This document shows positions 19,936 through 30,475 of a stretch of 64,000 nt of DNA, piece after piece. Location: the NCBI GenBank assembly GCA_963719495.1, contig CAVRCI010000013.1:192001-256000 (forward strand), in the 5' to 3' direction. A model generated the notes under the pieces. That model was not told the DNA's origin. It saw nothing but the letters and a program-made list of their open reading frames with translations, and did not search any database. The stretch comes from an uncultured Verrucomicrobiae bacterium (GTDB lineage Bacteria; Verrucomicrobiota; Verrucomicrobiia; Chthoniobacterales; JAATET01). The translations under genes were made by a program, and so were the position numbers. Every line of letters starts with the position of its first letter. Position 1 is the first letter of the stretch.

Positions 19936-21315
19936 ATGGCATCTTACGATTTGATAGTGATTGGCGGCGGTCCCGCCGGGTATGTTGGCGCGATTCGGGC
20001 CGCTCAGTTGGGTAAAAAAGTCGCGTGCGTCGAAATGGATCGAGCCGGCGGCACCTGCCTCAACTGGGGCTGCATCCCGACCAAATCCCTCCTCAAAAAC
20101 GCCGAGGTCTACCAGACGATGACCCAGCACGCCGACGATTTCGGCCTCTCGTTCGACAACCTCACCTTCGATTGGAGCAAGGTGATCGGTCGCAGCCGCA
20201 AGGTCGCCGACAAGCTGGCCGGCGGTATCGAGATGCTCTTCAAGAAGAACAAAATCGACTACATCCGCGGCGAAGGTGCCATCCCCAAGGAGGGCAGCGT
20301 CGAAGTCACCGACAAGGACGGCAAGCAGACCACCTACGAAGCGAAGAACATCCTCATCGCCACCGGCGTCGTCACCCGACAGATGCCCGGCTTCCCCTTC
20401 AACGGCAAATCCGTCATCGGCTCCAAGCAGGCCATGGTCCTGCCCGAGCAACCGAAGGACATCATCATCATCGGCGCCGGCGCGATCGGCATCGAATTCG
20501 CCTACTTCTTCAACGCCTTCGGCACGAACGTCACCGTGATCGAAATGCTGCCCAATATCCTCCCCGTCGAGGACACCGAAGTCAGCCAGACCCTCGAAAA
20601 ATCCCTCACCAAGCAGGGCATCAAACTCCTCACCGGCACCAAAGTCGAGAAGGCGGAAGCGACCAACAAAGGCGTCAAAATTACCGTCTCCGGCAAGAAG
20701 GACGAGACGCTCGAAGCATCCATCGCCCTCGTCGCCATCGGCGTCTCCCCGCTGCTCCCCGGCGGAATGAAAATCGAGCTTACCGAAAAGGGCTCGATCA
20801 AGACCGGCGACCGCTACGAGACCAACGTCAAAGGCGTCTACGCCGCCGGCGACATCATCGGCCCCCCGTGGCTCGCCCACGTCGCCAGCTACGAAGCCAT
20901 CCAGGCCGTCGAAGGCATGTTCGACGTCTCCGACCCAAAGCGCGTCACCCTCTTCCCGGGCTGCACCTACTGCCACCCGCAGGTCGCCAGCACCGGCCTC
21001 ACCGAGCGCGCCGCCAAGGAACAAGGCATCAAATACAAGGTCGGCAAATTCCCGTTCATGGCGTCCGGCAAAGCCCTCGCCGTCGGCGACAGCGAAGGCT
21101 TCGTCAAACTCATCATCGGCGAAGAACACGGCGAGATCATCGGCGCGCACATCATCGGAGCCGACGCGACCGAGATGATCGCCGAACTCGGCCTCGCGAT
21201 GAACCTCGAAGCGACCTACGAGGAGATCGGCGGCACCATCCACGCCCACCCGACCCTCAGCGAAGCCGTCATGGAAGCCGCCCACGCCACCCAGGGCCAC
21301 GCCATCCACTTCTGA
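19936..21315 (+). CDS. lpdA: dihydrolipoyl dehydrogenase
   Basis: GGGPAGY, GGTCLNWGCIPTK redox motif, GAGAIGIE, HAHPTLSE. Confidence 0.98.
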   Translation: MASYDLIVIGGGPAGYVGAIRAAQLGKKVACVEMDRAGGTCLNWGCIPTKSLLKNAEVYQTMTQHADDFGLSFDNLTFDWSKVIGRSRKVADKLAGGIEMLFKKNKIDYIRGEGAIPKEGSVEVTDKDGKQTTYEAKNILIATGVVTRQMPGFPFNGKSVIGSKQAMVLPEQPKDIIIIGAGAIGIEFAYFFNAFGTNVTVIEMLPNILPVEDTEVSQTLEKSLTKQGIKLLTGTKVEKAEATNKGVKITVSGKKDETLEASIALVAIGVSPLLPGGMKIELTEKGSIKTGDRYETNVKGVYAAGDIIGPPWLAHVASYEAIQAVEGMFDVSDPKRVTLFPGCTYCHPQVASTGLTERAAKEQGIKYKVGKFPFMASGKALAVGDSEGFVKLIIGEEHGEIIGAHIIGADATEMIAELGLAMNLEATYEEIGGTIHAHPTLSEAVMEAAHATQGHAIHF

Positions 21316-21429
21316 AGTGAACCCGGTGTCCCGGTTGGAAGTTGAGAGTTTGTAGTTGATAGCAGCTTCAAGCAGCGGCGATTTGCAATCGCCGAACCAA
21401 CCCAGAGGCGAAGCCTCACCCCTTTCACC

Positions 21430-22377
21430 TCACCGCCACCGCGGAGCCCACCGCGGCTTGAGCCACGCCGACACCCAGAACCCCGCCCCGATCAGCACCA
21501 AAAACAGCGACAAGAACTGCCCACGCGTCAGCCCCCACGTCAGCGCCGCATCCGGCTCGCGAAACGCCTCACCCACGATCCGCAGCACGGCGTAAGCCAC
21601 GAAAAACGCACCCGTCACCACCCCATCGCGCGTCTTCACCATCGTCCGCAGCACCCACAACAGCACGAAGAGCACCAAGCCCTCCAACGCCGCCTCATAG
21701 AGTTGCGAAGGATGCCGCGGCGCCAGGCCACCCGCCAGCACTTCTCTCAACGCCGCCGAAGTCCGGCTCGCTGGTTCGATCACGTCGACCGTCGTCCAAT
21801 TTGGATTGATCGCCACCGCTCCGCGCACGATCTCCCGCCGCGCCGCGTCGGGCAGGTCCGCCGAATACAATTCCTTGGGAAACTGCACCGCCCACGCGAC
21901 CGAAGTGATCCGCCCGTAGAGCTCGCCGTTGATGAAATTCGCCACCCGCCCGAAGAAGAGTCCGAGCGGCACGACCACCACCAGATTGTCCCCCAGATTG
22001 CGCCAGCTGACCTCGTGCCGCCGCGAATACCACAGCGTGTAGAGCGACATCCCGACGATCCCACCGTGGCTCGCCATCCCGCCGTCCCACACCTTGAAGA
22101 GGCTCATCGGATCCGCCACCAGCGCGTCGAAATTGTAGAGCAGCATGTAACCCAGCCGCCCCCCCAGCAGCACCCCGAACATCGCCCCCCAAATGATGAA
22201 ATCGCTCACCTTTTCCGGCGCCAGGTCCGAGTAACCCTTCTTCGCCAGCCACCGATACACCGAGATCCCCACCACGAACGCCGCCACGTAGGCCAGCCCA
22301 TACCAGCGCAGGCCAATCGAGTCGGTCAGCCGAATCAAAAACGGACTCAGATCGTGGACGTAATACGCGAGCGACAT
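21430..22377 (-). CDS. lgt: prolipoprotein diacylglyceryl transferase
   Basis: LRWYGL, GGRLGY, GGMASHGG, GRVANFINGELYGR, HPSQLYEA. Confidence 0.97.
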   Translation of the reverse strand: MSLAYYVHDLSPFLIRLTDSIGLRWYGLAYVAAFVVGISVYRWLAKKGYSDLAPEKVSDFIIWGAMFGVLLGGRLGYMLLYNFDALVADPMSLFKVWDGGMASHGGIVGMSLYTLWYSRRHEVSWRNLGDNLVVVVPLGLFFGRVANFINGELYGRITSVAWAVQFPKELYSADLPDAARREIVRGAVAINPNWTTVDVIEPASRTSAALREVLAGGLAPRHPSQLYEAALEGLVLFVLLWVLRTMVKTRDGVVTGAFFVAYAVLRIVGEAFREPDAALTWGLTRGQFLSLFLVLIGAGFWVSAWLKPRWAPRWR

Positions 22378-22614
22378 CGGGCGCGTGAGATTGCACGCCC
22401 GCCCGGGCCGGATCAACTTTCATCTCCGATCTCAGGGCGTGGTTGAAAGCGCGTCCAGAGCCGGGCCGGAAGGAGGGAGTGCAATTGCGACCAAAGCGCC
22501 AGCACGTGTCGAGCCGCAGGCGAGGCCGACGCGGGTGGCCAATGACCGCCCACGCGGCGAAGCAAACCTCCGGCTACGCTCGGCGTCTGCGACAAAGCGC
22601 CCCAGCTTCCCCGA

Positions 22615-22816
22615 TTCCCTGTAAAATGTGACGGCCGTCACATTTTACAGGGAACGAATTGGCGGCGAAAGCCTCGGGGGGGCCGCGTCTTGCCGCTGGC
22701 AAGCCGGAGCCCGCCCGTCGGAAGGACCCCGGATCCAGGGGTCCCGGGCCGGAGAGCGGCGACCCAGCGGAAGAATCCGCTCCCGATAAAACGTAACGGC
22801 CGTTTCGTTTTATCGG
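22615..22816. repeat. two related long palindromes in a long intergenic region
   Basis: Perfect 40-bp palindrome 22615-22654 and 34-bp palindrome (1 mismatch) 22783-22816 sharing TAAAAyGTrACGGCCGTywCrTTTTA. Confidence 0.85.
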
Positions 22817-23081
22817 TCGACGCCGCGAAGATCTGGGAGGGGAGAAGGGCCCGAAGGGCGCTCGGATGAGATGGGAGACCCGATGCCGCCGGCCGTTAAA
22901 TCGCGGCGATTCCCACTCCCACGGATAAGTCGGCCGCGTCGCAATGCCCCCTCGGTCAGACGTTGCCGCCGTTCGCGAGACTCTCCTTCCGGTCAGCGCG
23001 GGCTCCCGATCACACCTCCGAGCGTTCACCCCGGGTGTTTTTGAATTTACACGACCCACGGAACCGGATTTAGCTTCCCCC

Positions 23082-23285
23082 GTGAAACCCGCCCTCCTCA
23101 GCCTGTCCTTCGTCACGCTCTGCCTTGCCTCCTGCACCACGCTGGAAAATCGGCGAGACCTCTACTGCGGAAGCGACGTCGTCTGCGGCCCCTACACCAA
23201 GATGCTCTGCCACGGCATCCCGGCCACCGAGGAGACCGAGATCACCGTCGTCGCGACCGACTTCAAGTCCGTCAACGGGAAGTAA
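23082..23285 (+). CDS. small lipoprotein
   Basis: GTG start, MKPALLSLSFVTLCLAS-C lipobox. Confidence 0.7.
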   Translation: MKPALLSLSFVTLCLASCTTLENRRDLYCGSDVVCGPYTKMLCHGIPATEETEITVVATDFKSVNGK

Positions 23286-23392
23286 GACGCCCCGGTGGAA
23301 GCCGAGGTCACGACGCTCCCCCGGTCAAGCTCCACCATTCACCATTCACGAGTCGCCAATCACGCACGAGCGCTCGCGCGCGACGTGCCACC

Positions 23393-24115
23393 TCACCGCC
23401 GCTGCAGTTTGCTCAAGAGCCGCAGCATTTCGAGGTAGAGCCAGATCAGCGTCACCATCAGGCCAAACGCGCAATACCACTCCATGAAGCGTGGCGCGCC
23501 CGCCGCGACACCCCGGTCGACCGAGTCGAAATCCATCACCAGATTCAGCGCCGCGATCCCGACCACCAACAAGCTGAACCCGATTCCCATCATTCCACTT
23601 CCGTGAATGAACGGCACCTGAACGCCGAAGAATCCCAGCACGAACGTCACGATGTAGACCAGGAAAACGCCGCCCGTCGCCGCGACCACGCCCATCCGGA
23701 ATTTCTCGGTCACCTTGATGATTCCGCTTTGATACAGGAACAGCATCATCGCCATCACGCCGAAGGTCAGCATCACCGCCTGCAGCACGATTCCTTGGAA
23801 CTGCTGATTATACATCGCCGAAATCCCGCCCAGGAAGAGCCCCTGCAGCAGCCCGTAAATCGGTGCCGTGATCGGAGCCCACTCTTTTTTGAAAATCGTG
23901 ACCAGCGCCACGATCAAGCCGCCAATCGCACCGCCCCACATCAGCGGCGCCGCCAGCGGCCCCTCCAGATTCCACGTGAAGGTCGCTCCGAGGACAACCA
24001 GCGCCAGCAGAATGCCGGTCTTGGAGACCGTGCCCGAAACGGTCATCGCCGGACCCTGCCGGACGGAAATTTTTTCAAAAGTGCCACTATTGAGCGTCGG
24101 ATTGCCGGAAGTCAT
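23393..24115 (-). CDS. Bax inhibitor-1/YccA-family membrane protein
   Basis: 7 TM segments; SGNP N-terminus, QAVMLTFG, NLVMDFD...GAPRFMEWY.AFGLMVTLIWLYLEMLRLL. Confidence 0.88.
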   Translation of the reverse strand: MTSGNPTLNSGTFEKISVRQGPAMTVSGTVSKTGILLALVVLGATFTWNLEGPLAAPLMWGGAIGGLIVALVTIFKKEWAPITAPIYGLLQGLFLGGISAMYNQQFQGIVLQAVMLTFGVMAMMLFLYQSGIIKVTEKFRMGVVAATGGVFLVYIVTFVLGFFGVQVPFIHGSGMMGIGFSLLVVGIAALNLVMDFDSVDRGVAAGAPRFMEWYCAFGLMVTLIWLYLEMLRLLSKLQRR

Positions 24116-24212
24116 GCGGTCTTCATAATCCACGCCCCGCCCGACGGCAAATCCGAAAGGAAAAGCAAACGGCTCGGCGGGCAGGTGCGTAACTAAAGGC
24201 GTGGACGCGACA

Positions 24213-24812
24213 ATGACCGAGATTAACCTGCCGGACACGGTCGGCGTGATCGCGCTGCCCGGGACGATCCTCTTCCCGGGCGCTCTGCTTCCGCTCTACA
24301 TTTTCGAACCCCGCTACCGCGACATGCTCGCGAATTCGCTCGAAGACGAGCGCGTTTTCGCGGTCGCCATGCAGCGCTACGGCGACGAGGAGGTCCACGG
24401 AATTGGCGGAGCCGGCCTCGTCCGCGCCTGCGTCCGCAACGTCGATGGCACTTCACACCTCATCCTCCACGGTATCGCCCGCATCCGGTTCACCGAATGG
24501 TTGCAGACCGAGCCCTACCGCGTCGCCCGCATCGAGCGCCTGGAATCCCGCAACACCCACGACCCCGAGGCCGAAGAGCTTGCCCACACCGTCCGCGACG
24601 TCTGCCGCGGCCTCTCGGACCAGGGCTACGAACTCCCCAGGCACTTCGAAGCCTTTCTGGAGCAAGCGAAGTCCCCGGAGGCCCTCAGCGACGCCGTCTG
24701 CTCGACCCTCATCCCGGACGCCGAAGCCCGCCAAGCCCTCCTTCAAGAGCTCGACGTCGTCACCCGCCTCCAAGGCTTCCTGGAGATCCTGAAGGGCCAA
24801 CTCGGCGAGTAA
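24213..24812 (+). CDS. LON peptidase N-terminal (substrate-binding) domain protein
   Basis: LFPGALLPLYIFEPRYRDM motif; no AAA+ or protease domain; alternative GTG start at 24201. Confidence 0.88.
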   Translation: MTEINLPDTVGVIALPGTILFPGALLPLYIFEPRYRDMLANSLEDERVFAVAMQRYGDEEVHGIGGAGLVRACVRNVDGTSHLILHGIARIRFTEWLQTEPYRVARIERLESRNTHDPEAEELAHTVRDVCRGLSDQGYELPRHFEAFLEQAKSPEALSDAVCSTLIPDAEARQALLQELDVVTRLQGFLEILKGQLGE

Positions 24813-24866
24813 TCTTCAAGAGACGGCGCGCTTCATCCGCCGAAGCTTTTCAAGGAGCGGTAACCC

Positions 24867-25226
24867 CTAGGCGTTCGCCAAAGCGGCCGTCTCCTTGCAG
24901 GAACCATTCTCCGGATTCACCAGCACGATGTAGGTCGCCCGCACGACGGCATCCTCCGCGACCCGACACTCGCCCCCGTCCAGTGCCACCATCGGTGCCG
25001 TCACCCGCAGATGGTGCTCACTGTCGCCACCCTCCGTTTGAAGCATCACGGGCCCGGCCCCACACACCGTCCCGTCCTCGGCGATGTCCAGAAACTCGAC
25101 GTCGAAAGACGCCACGTCCACCCTCCGCCGCACCGGCTGGTGCGGGTCGTAGACCCCAAGCGCCAAAGACCCCACTACGTATTCGCTCAGAACCTTCGCG
25201 ACCAACTCTTCGTCGATTTCATCCAT
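24867..25226 (-). CDS. hypothetical protein
   Basis: ORF from MDEIDEEL with host-like codon usage. Confidence 0.5.
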   Translation of the reverse strand: MDEIDEELVAKVLSEYVVGSLALGVYDPHQPVRRRVDVASFDVEFLDIAEDGTVCGAGPVMLQTEGGDSEHHLRVTAPMVALDGGECRVAEDAVVRATYIVLVNPENGSCKETAALANA

Positions 25227-25392
25227 GGAAAAGCCGCCGTATATCGACCGATCCGACGGAAATCGCAAGGACTTTGCCCCGACCTGAATCCGACATTTCG
25301 CGTGAACCATATTTCCCAATCCACGCCGCGGCCCGGCACCAGCCAGCCGCCAGGGAAGGAACCAAAAACGCGGCCAACCCCGAACTCCCGAC

Positions 25393-25602
25393 ATGCAACG
25401 CCACACCAAAGAACCTCTCGCCAAAAATCCTCCGTCGACTCCCCTCGAAGCCCAGAACCCCGAGCGCCTCGATCCCATTTCCGAGGACCCCATCCCTCAG
25501 CGGACCGACATGTCCGCCGAGCAGAAAGCCGGTTTCAGTCAGCCCGGGGAGACCGACGAACGCGTCGAAGAGTCCCGCTCGGACGACGGACGAACCCATT
25601 GA
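25393..25602 (+). CDS. small hydrophilic hypothetical protein
   Basis: 69-aa acidic/Pro-rich ORF with typical GC3. Confidence 0.5.
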   Translation: MQRHTKEPLAKNPPSTPLEAQNPERLDPISEDPIPQRTDMSAEQKAGFSQPGETDERVEESRSDDGRTH

Positions 25603-25677
25603 TTTGCCAAAATCGTCGCACCACAGACATCCGACGCCGCCCCCGCTTCCGATCCTCGCACACAAACTATTTTCAAA

Positions 25678-26031
25678 ATGACTGATCCGACCACCCAATC
25701 CGACCCACTCGCCGCCGACCACGCCGCCCCCGAGATTTCCGAAAAAATCGAAGCCGCTGGTTGTTGCGTGACCGAGACCGCCAAAGACCACGTCTGGCTC
25801 ATCTCCGGCACCCTTCTCCTTCTGGGCATCCTCATTGGTGCCGCCGCGACGCGGGCAACCGCCCCGCAGCCAACCCTTCGAAACGCCGCCCGCCGATCGT
25901 TCCGCTCCGCCCAGCGGAACACCAAGCAGGCGACCCGCCGCGTCGCGTCGCACTTGCCGCCCCGGATCCGCCCGGAGTTCAGCTTCGCCGATCGGTTCGC
26001 GAACGTCGCCGAACACCTCAAACTTTGGTAG
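25678..26031 (+). CDS. hypothetical single-TM protein
   Basis: ATG after an AT-rich leader; one TM followed by a basic stretch. Confidence 0.55.
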   Translation: MTDPTTQSDPLAADHAAPEISEKIEAAGCCVTETAKDHVWLISGTLLLLGILIGAAATRATAPQPTLRNAARRSFRSAQRNTKQATRRVASHLPPRIRPEFSFADRFANVAEHLKLW

Positions 26032-26229
26032 CGCGAAGGCCTTCCTTCTCGGAGGGGCCTCGAGAAACCCGGTGAAATCAGGATTCCCGGCGTCCGTTTT
26101 TCTCCTCACCCGGATCGGTCGCAGCGCGACGTCGGTGGACGATTCGGAAGCCCCGCGGTCATCGACGCCGTCAACGCCGGTGATCGATAACCGCAACGTC
26201 GGCGGTGCCGAGGCCACCGAGATCTCGGA

Positions 26230-29200
26230 CTAAGCTGCCGCGCCCCCAGGCAGCATCACGGTAAAGGTGGCGCCCTTTCCGACACCCGCGCTCGCGGCTT
26301 CGACGCTCCCACCGTGCGCCTCGACCGTGGCCTTGGCAATCGCCAAACCCAGTCCCAGGCCGCCGTATTCTTTCGTCACTTCGGCACCTCCCTGCGTGAA
26401 TGGATCGAAGACGGATTCCAGAGCCGCAGGCTCGATCCCGATCCCATCGTCCCCAACCTCGATCTTCACGTCCGAAGCTCTCGCCCGTAGGGCGATTCGG
26501 ATTTCACCGCCGCTCGGCGAGAACTTCGACGCGTTCTTGATGAGATTCCAGATCGCCTGCTGCAGGCGGGCCGAGTCGCCCACATAGTCCCCACGGGTCG
26601 GCTCGATTTCCACGGTCATTCGCTGGTCCTTGGCCTCGATGTCCGGTCGAGAGATTTCGATCGCCGACCGCGTCGCTTCGGCCAGATCCACCGGTTCGCG
26701 CCGGATTTCGAGCTTCCCATTCCCGATCCGAGTGACGTCGAGCAAGTCGTCGATGAAGTCCGCTTCGATCCGCACGTTCCGTTTGATCATCACAAACGCC
26801 TCGCGCACGTCGTCCGGCAAATCCTTCCGCCGCGACAAAGTCTCGACCGCCATCACGATTGGGGTCAGCGGCGTTCGTAATTCGTGCGAAAGCACCGCCA
26901 GGAAATGGTCCTTGGCTTTACCGGCCACCTCCACCTCCGTCCGCGCTTGCTCGCTGGCCACGACGGCCTCCAGCAATTCCTCCCGGCTCCGGCGCAGGGC
27001 TTCCCCCACTTCCCGCGCCTCCGTGCGGTCGCGCAGAATTTTAACGAATCCGATCAGGTGCCCGTCGCCGCGTCGCATCGGCATCAGCGACCCACTCGCC
27101 CAGAAACGCTCCCCACTCTTCCGCTCGTGCCAGCGCTCGTCGCTCGCGCAGCCGCGCTCCCGGGCCGCCTCCACCTCCCTTCCGGGAATGCCCAGCTCAC
27201 AGTCCTCTTTGGTGAAGATCAGGTCGATCGGCGAACCCAGAACCTCCGCCTCCCGGTAGCCCAGGATGGTTTCCGCCCCCGCGCTCCAGCTCGTGATCCG
27301 ACGCTCCGCGTCCGTCGTGAAGATCGCGTAATCCCGCGCGTTCTCGATCACGAGGCGCAACCGCTCGGCCGTCGCCCGCGTCTCCTCCTCCGCCTTCCGC
27401 CGCCCCGTGAGATCGATGAACGTCAGCACCACGCCCGAGATCCGGTCCTCCATCGTCCGATACGGCAGCACCCTCGCCAGAAACCAACGCCCATCCGCGT
27501 CCCGCACCTCCCGCTCGACCGGCGTCAATCGCTCCAGCACCTGCGCGGCGTCCCCGCTGAGGTCCGCGTAATCCAGTCGGTGCGTCAGGTCCGACAACGG
27601 CCGGTTTAAATCCCCCGGAATCAGCCGGAAAATCGACACCGCGCTTGGCGTGTAACGCTTGATCCGCAGTTCCCGGTCGAGGAAGATCGTCGCGATGTCC
27701 GTCGACGCCATCAGATTCTGCAGGTCGTTGTTCGAGCGGCCCAGCTCGTCGACCTTGCTCTTCAGTTCCTGATTCACCGTCGTCAGCTCCTCGTTGATCG
27801 ACTGCAACTCCTCGCGGCCCGTCTCGAGCTCCTCGGTCGCCGACCGCAGCTCCTCGTTCATCGCCTGCAGCTCTTCGTTCGACGCTTTCAGCTCTTCGGT
27901 CTGCGCTTCATTGTTTTCCCCCGATTCGCGCAGTCGCCGCTTCACCAGCTCGACTTCTTCCTCGAGCTGACTCACCAGATCGCTTTCCCCGGACGCCGCC
28001 AGAGCCGCCCCCGGCGTATCGCCCCCCGGGTGTCCGTCCTCCCGCTCCCGAAACACCACCAAAAGAAGAGCCGCCACCAGGTCCTGCGCCGGCCTCACCC
28101 CGATGTCCACCACCCGCGTCTCCCCCGCCACCGCCATCCGCACCCCCGCGACATCCACCGAAGTCCCCGTCTTCGTGGCCTGGTAGAGCGCCACCCTCAG
28201 CTCCGCCCGCAACCCCTCGTTCACGACCCGCAGCAGATTCGCCGTCGGCTCCCCGCTCGAAAATTGCAGGAAACGCCCCACCGATTTCGACATGTGGAGG
28301 ATTTCGTAATTCTCGTCCACCAACAGCGACGGCGGACCCAGACGCTCGATCAATTGAAAATGCACGTCCGCCCACTTGGCGTCCGTCATCCCATCCGGCA
28401 CCACCGAAGCCGGAGCGCTCTCCCGATCCTCGTAATCCCGCCTCGACGGCAGCCCGCCACTCTGGCGTTCGAACATTTGCGACAACGTCGGCGCCCCCGT
28501 CGGCACCGGAAGATTCGTCCGGGAGATCGCCAGCCGCCGATACAGTCGATGCTTCTTGTCGAGCGGCGCGAACAGCGCCGTCGCCTCCTCCGCCGACTCC
28601 GAAATACTCAGAAACAACCGCCCCTCGCCGCGCAACGCGAAGTGGAATACGTCGAAGACCCGCTCCTGCGACCCGCGACTCAGGTAAATGAGCAGATTCC
28701 GGCACGACACCAGATCCAACTGCGAAAACGGCGCGTCCTTCAACAAATCATGCAGCGCGAAGAGCACCACCTCCCGCAGTTCCCGCTTCACCCGATACCC
28801 CCGGTGCTCGCGGACGAAAAACCGCTTTAGCCGGCCCTCCGACACGTCGGCCTGGATCGTGTCCAGATACATCGCCGCCCGCGCGGTCTCGATCGCCTGC
28901 TCGTCCAGATCCGTCGCGAACACCTGGATCCCCGGCGGCGCGTCCAGCGTCGCCGCGTGCTCACACAACAACATCGCCACGGAATAAGCCTCCTCGCCCG
29001 TCGCGCACGCCGGCACCCACACCCGCACGTGATCGCCCGGCCCCTTCCCTTCGAACAACCGCGGCAGGTCCGCCGCCAGCGCCTCGAACGCCCCCACGTC
29101 CCGGAAAAAATTCGTCACGCTGATCAGTAAATCCTGCAACAGCGCCCCCGTCTCCCCCGCGTGCTTCCGCATGAAACCCAAATAATCGTCCAGCGTCTGC

Positions 29201-30000
29201 ACCCCGCACACCTGCATCCGCCGCCCGATCCGCCGCAGCACCGTCGCCCGTTTGTAGCCGCTGAACTCATGCCCCGTCTTCACCCGCAGATGCGCCAGCA
29301 CATCCCGAAGCGCCGTCTCGTGATCCCGGTCGTCCGACGCCGCCCGCTTCGACTCCGCCACCGGCAGCGGCAACTTCACCCGCGCCGCGTTCGACCAATA
29401 CTCCACCAGCCGCTCCGGCATCTCGCGCACCGGCAGCACCCAATCCACCATCCCCGTTTCGATCGCCGACCGCGGCATCCCATCCTGCTCCGCCTCCACC
29501 GGATCCTGCCCGATCGTCAACCCTCCGCGCTCCTTCACCCGCTTCAACCCATTCGCCCCATCCCCGTCCGACCCCGACAGCACGATCGCCGTCACGCGTT
29601 CCCCGTGCGTCTCGGCCAACGTTCGGAAAAAATGATCCACCACGTATCGGCGCTGACTCAGCTCGGCCCCTTCCATCAGCTGCAGGTGACCGTCCACCAT
29701 CGACAGCCGCTTCCCCGGTGGAATCACGTAGACCCGGTCCGCCTCCACCCGCACCCTCCCCCGGATCTGCTCCACCGGCATCGTCGTCGACCGCTGCAGG
29801 ATCTCCGCCAGGATGCTGTCGTGCTCCGGCGACAAATGCACCACCACGATGTAAGCGAAACCGCTCTCGGCCCCCGCGCACTCGAAAAATTTCTGCAAAG
29901 CCGGCAACGATCCCGCCGAACCGCCCATCCCCACGATGCGCAATCCTCCCTCCGAAGCGTTGTCCGCCTCCCGTTCATCCAGCATCTCGTCCGGCGTCAT
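26230..30000 (-). CDS. CheB methylesterase-CheR methyltransferase-PAS-histidine kinase hybrid
   Basis: GGSAG/VVHL/SGSDGDG (CheB), ISVTNFFRD/PACATGEEAYS/SCRNLLIY (CheR), NEELQ coiled coil, PAS domains, SHELRTPL H-box, GGLGLGL G2 box. Confidence 0.93.
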   Translation of the reverse strand: MTPDEMLDEREADNASEGGLRIVGMGGSAGSLPALQKFFECAGAESGFAYIVVVHLSPEHDSILAEILQRSTTMPVEQIRGRVRVEADRVYVIPPGKRLSMVDGHLQLMEGAELSQRRYVVDHFFRTLAETHGERVTAIVLSGSDGDGANGLKRVKERGGLTIGQDPVEAEQDGMPRSAIETGMVDWVLPVREMPERLVEYWSNAARVKLPLPVAESKRAASDDRDHETALRDVLAHLRVKTGHEFSGYKRATVLRRIGRRMQVCGVQTLDDYLGFMRKHAGETGALLQDLLISVTNFFRDVGAFEALAADLPRLFEGKGPGDHVRVWVPACATGEEAYSVAMLLCEHAATLDAPPGIQVFATDLDEQAIETARAAMYLDTIQADVSEGRLKRFFVREHRGYRVKRELREVVLFALHDLLKDAPFSQLDLVSCRNLLIYLSRGSQERVFDVFHFALRGEGRLFLSISESAEEATALFAPLDKKHRLYRRLAISRTNLPVPTGAPTLSQMFERQSGGLPSRRDYEDRESAPASVVPDGMTDAKWADVHFQLIERLGPPSLLVDENYEILHMSKSVGRFLQFSSGEPTANLLRVVNEGLRAELRVALYQATKTGTSVDVAGVRMAVAGETRVVDIGVRPAQDLVAALLLVVFREREDGHPGGDTPGAALAASGESDLVSQLEEEVELVKRRLRESGENNEAQTEELKASNEELQAMNEELRSATEELETGREELQSINEELTTVNQELKSKVDELGRSNNDLQNLMASTDIATIFLDRELRIKRYTPSAVSIFRLIPGDLNRPLSDLTHRLDYADLSGDAAQVLERLTPVEREVRDADGRWFLARVLPYRTMEDRISGVVLTFIDLTGRRKAEEETRATAERLRLVIENARDYAIFTTDAERRITSWSAGAETILGYREAEVLGSPIDLIFTKEDCELGIPGREVEAARERGCASDERWHERKSGERFWASGSLMPMRRGDGHLIGFVKILRDRTEAREVGEALRRSREELLEAVVASEQARTEVEVAGKAKDHFLAVLSHELRTPLTPIVMAVETLSRRKDLPDDVREAFVMIKRNVRIEADFIDDLLDVTRIGNGKLEIRREPVDLAEATRSAIEISRPDIEAKDQRMTVEIEPTRGDYVGDSARLQQAIWNLIKNASKFSPSGGEIRIALRARASDVKIEVGDDGIGIEPAALESVFDPFTQGGAEVTKEYGGLGLGLAIAKATVEAHGGSVEAASAGVGKGATFTVMLPGGAAA

Positions 30001-30105
30001 CGGTGCGAAGGTAGCACGCCCATCGCGCCGGGCGGCAATGAATTCATCACCCCCGCCCCGCCCCGCGGCGTCCACTTTGCCACCGACAGACGAATCCTTC
30101 TAACC

Positions 30106-30474
30106 ATGAATTCACCCAACCAACGCATCGAAGTCTCCGGATCCGGCGTCGGCGAAATCAGCGACGCCGACGTCGAAAACCGCGCCCGCGAACTCGCCAC
30201 CGGCGACGGTCGCACCGAGCCCAACGAAGTCGACTTCGACCACGCCCGCCGCGAACTCCACGTCCCCGCCGAGGACAGCGGCGAAACCCCCGAGCCCGGC
30301 GACGGAATTGCCGCCGAGACCGATCTCGACCCACCCGGGACCACCGGTCACAAGACGGCCAACCAATTCCTCGAGAACGAAGACCACAACGACAGCGCCG
30401 ACCTCGTCCGCGAAGGCCTCGACGAAGCCGACCACGACACCCGCACCAAGTCGGGCCACCCGGAGGGCAGTTAA
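30106..30474 (+). CDS. acidic hypothetical protein
   Basis: ATG-start ORF (MNSPNQRIEV) with strong host codon bias. Confidence 0.6.
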   Translation: MNSPNQRIEVSGSGVGEISDADVENRARELATGDGRTEPNEVDFDHARRELHVPAEDSGETPEPGDGIAAETDLDPPGTTGHKTANQFLENEDHNDSADLVREGLDEADHDTRTKSGHPEGS

Positions 30475-30475
30475 C

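Noticed and set aside
22430..23060. RNase P RNA, tmRNA or SRP RNA in the long intergenic region
   Set aside because: No GAGGAAAGTCC, tRNA-like ends or SRP loop found on either strand by eye
25219..26217. 332-aa minus-strand ORF downstream of the CheB/CheR kinase
   Set aside because: No recognisable motifs; overlaps two better plus-strand ORFs; typical high-GC spurious frame
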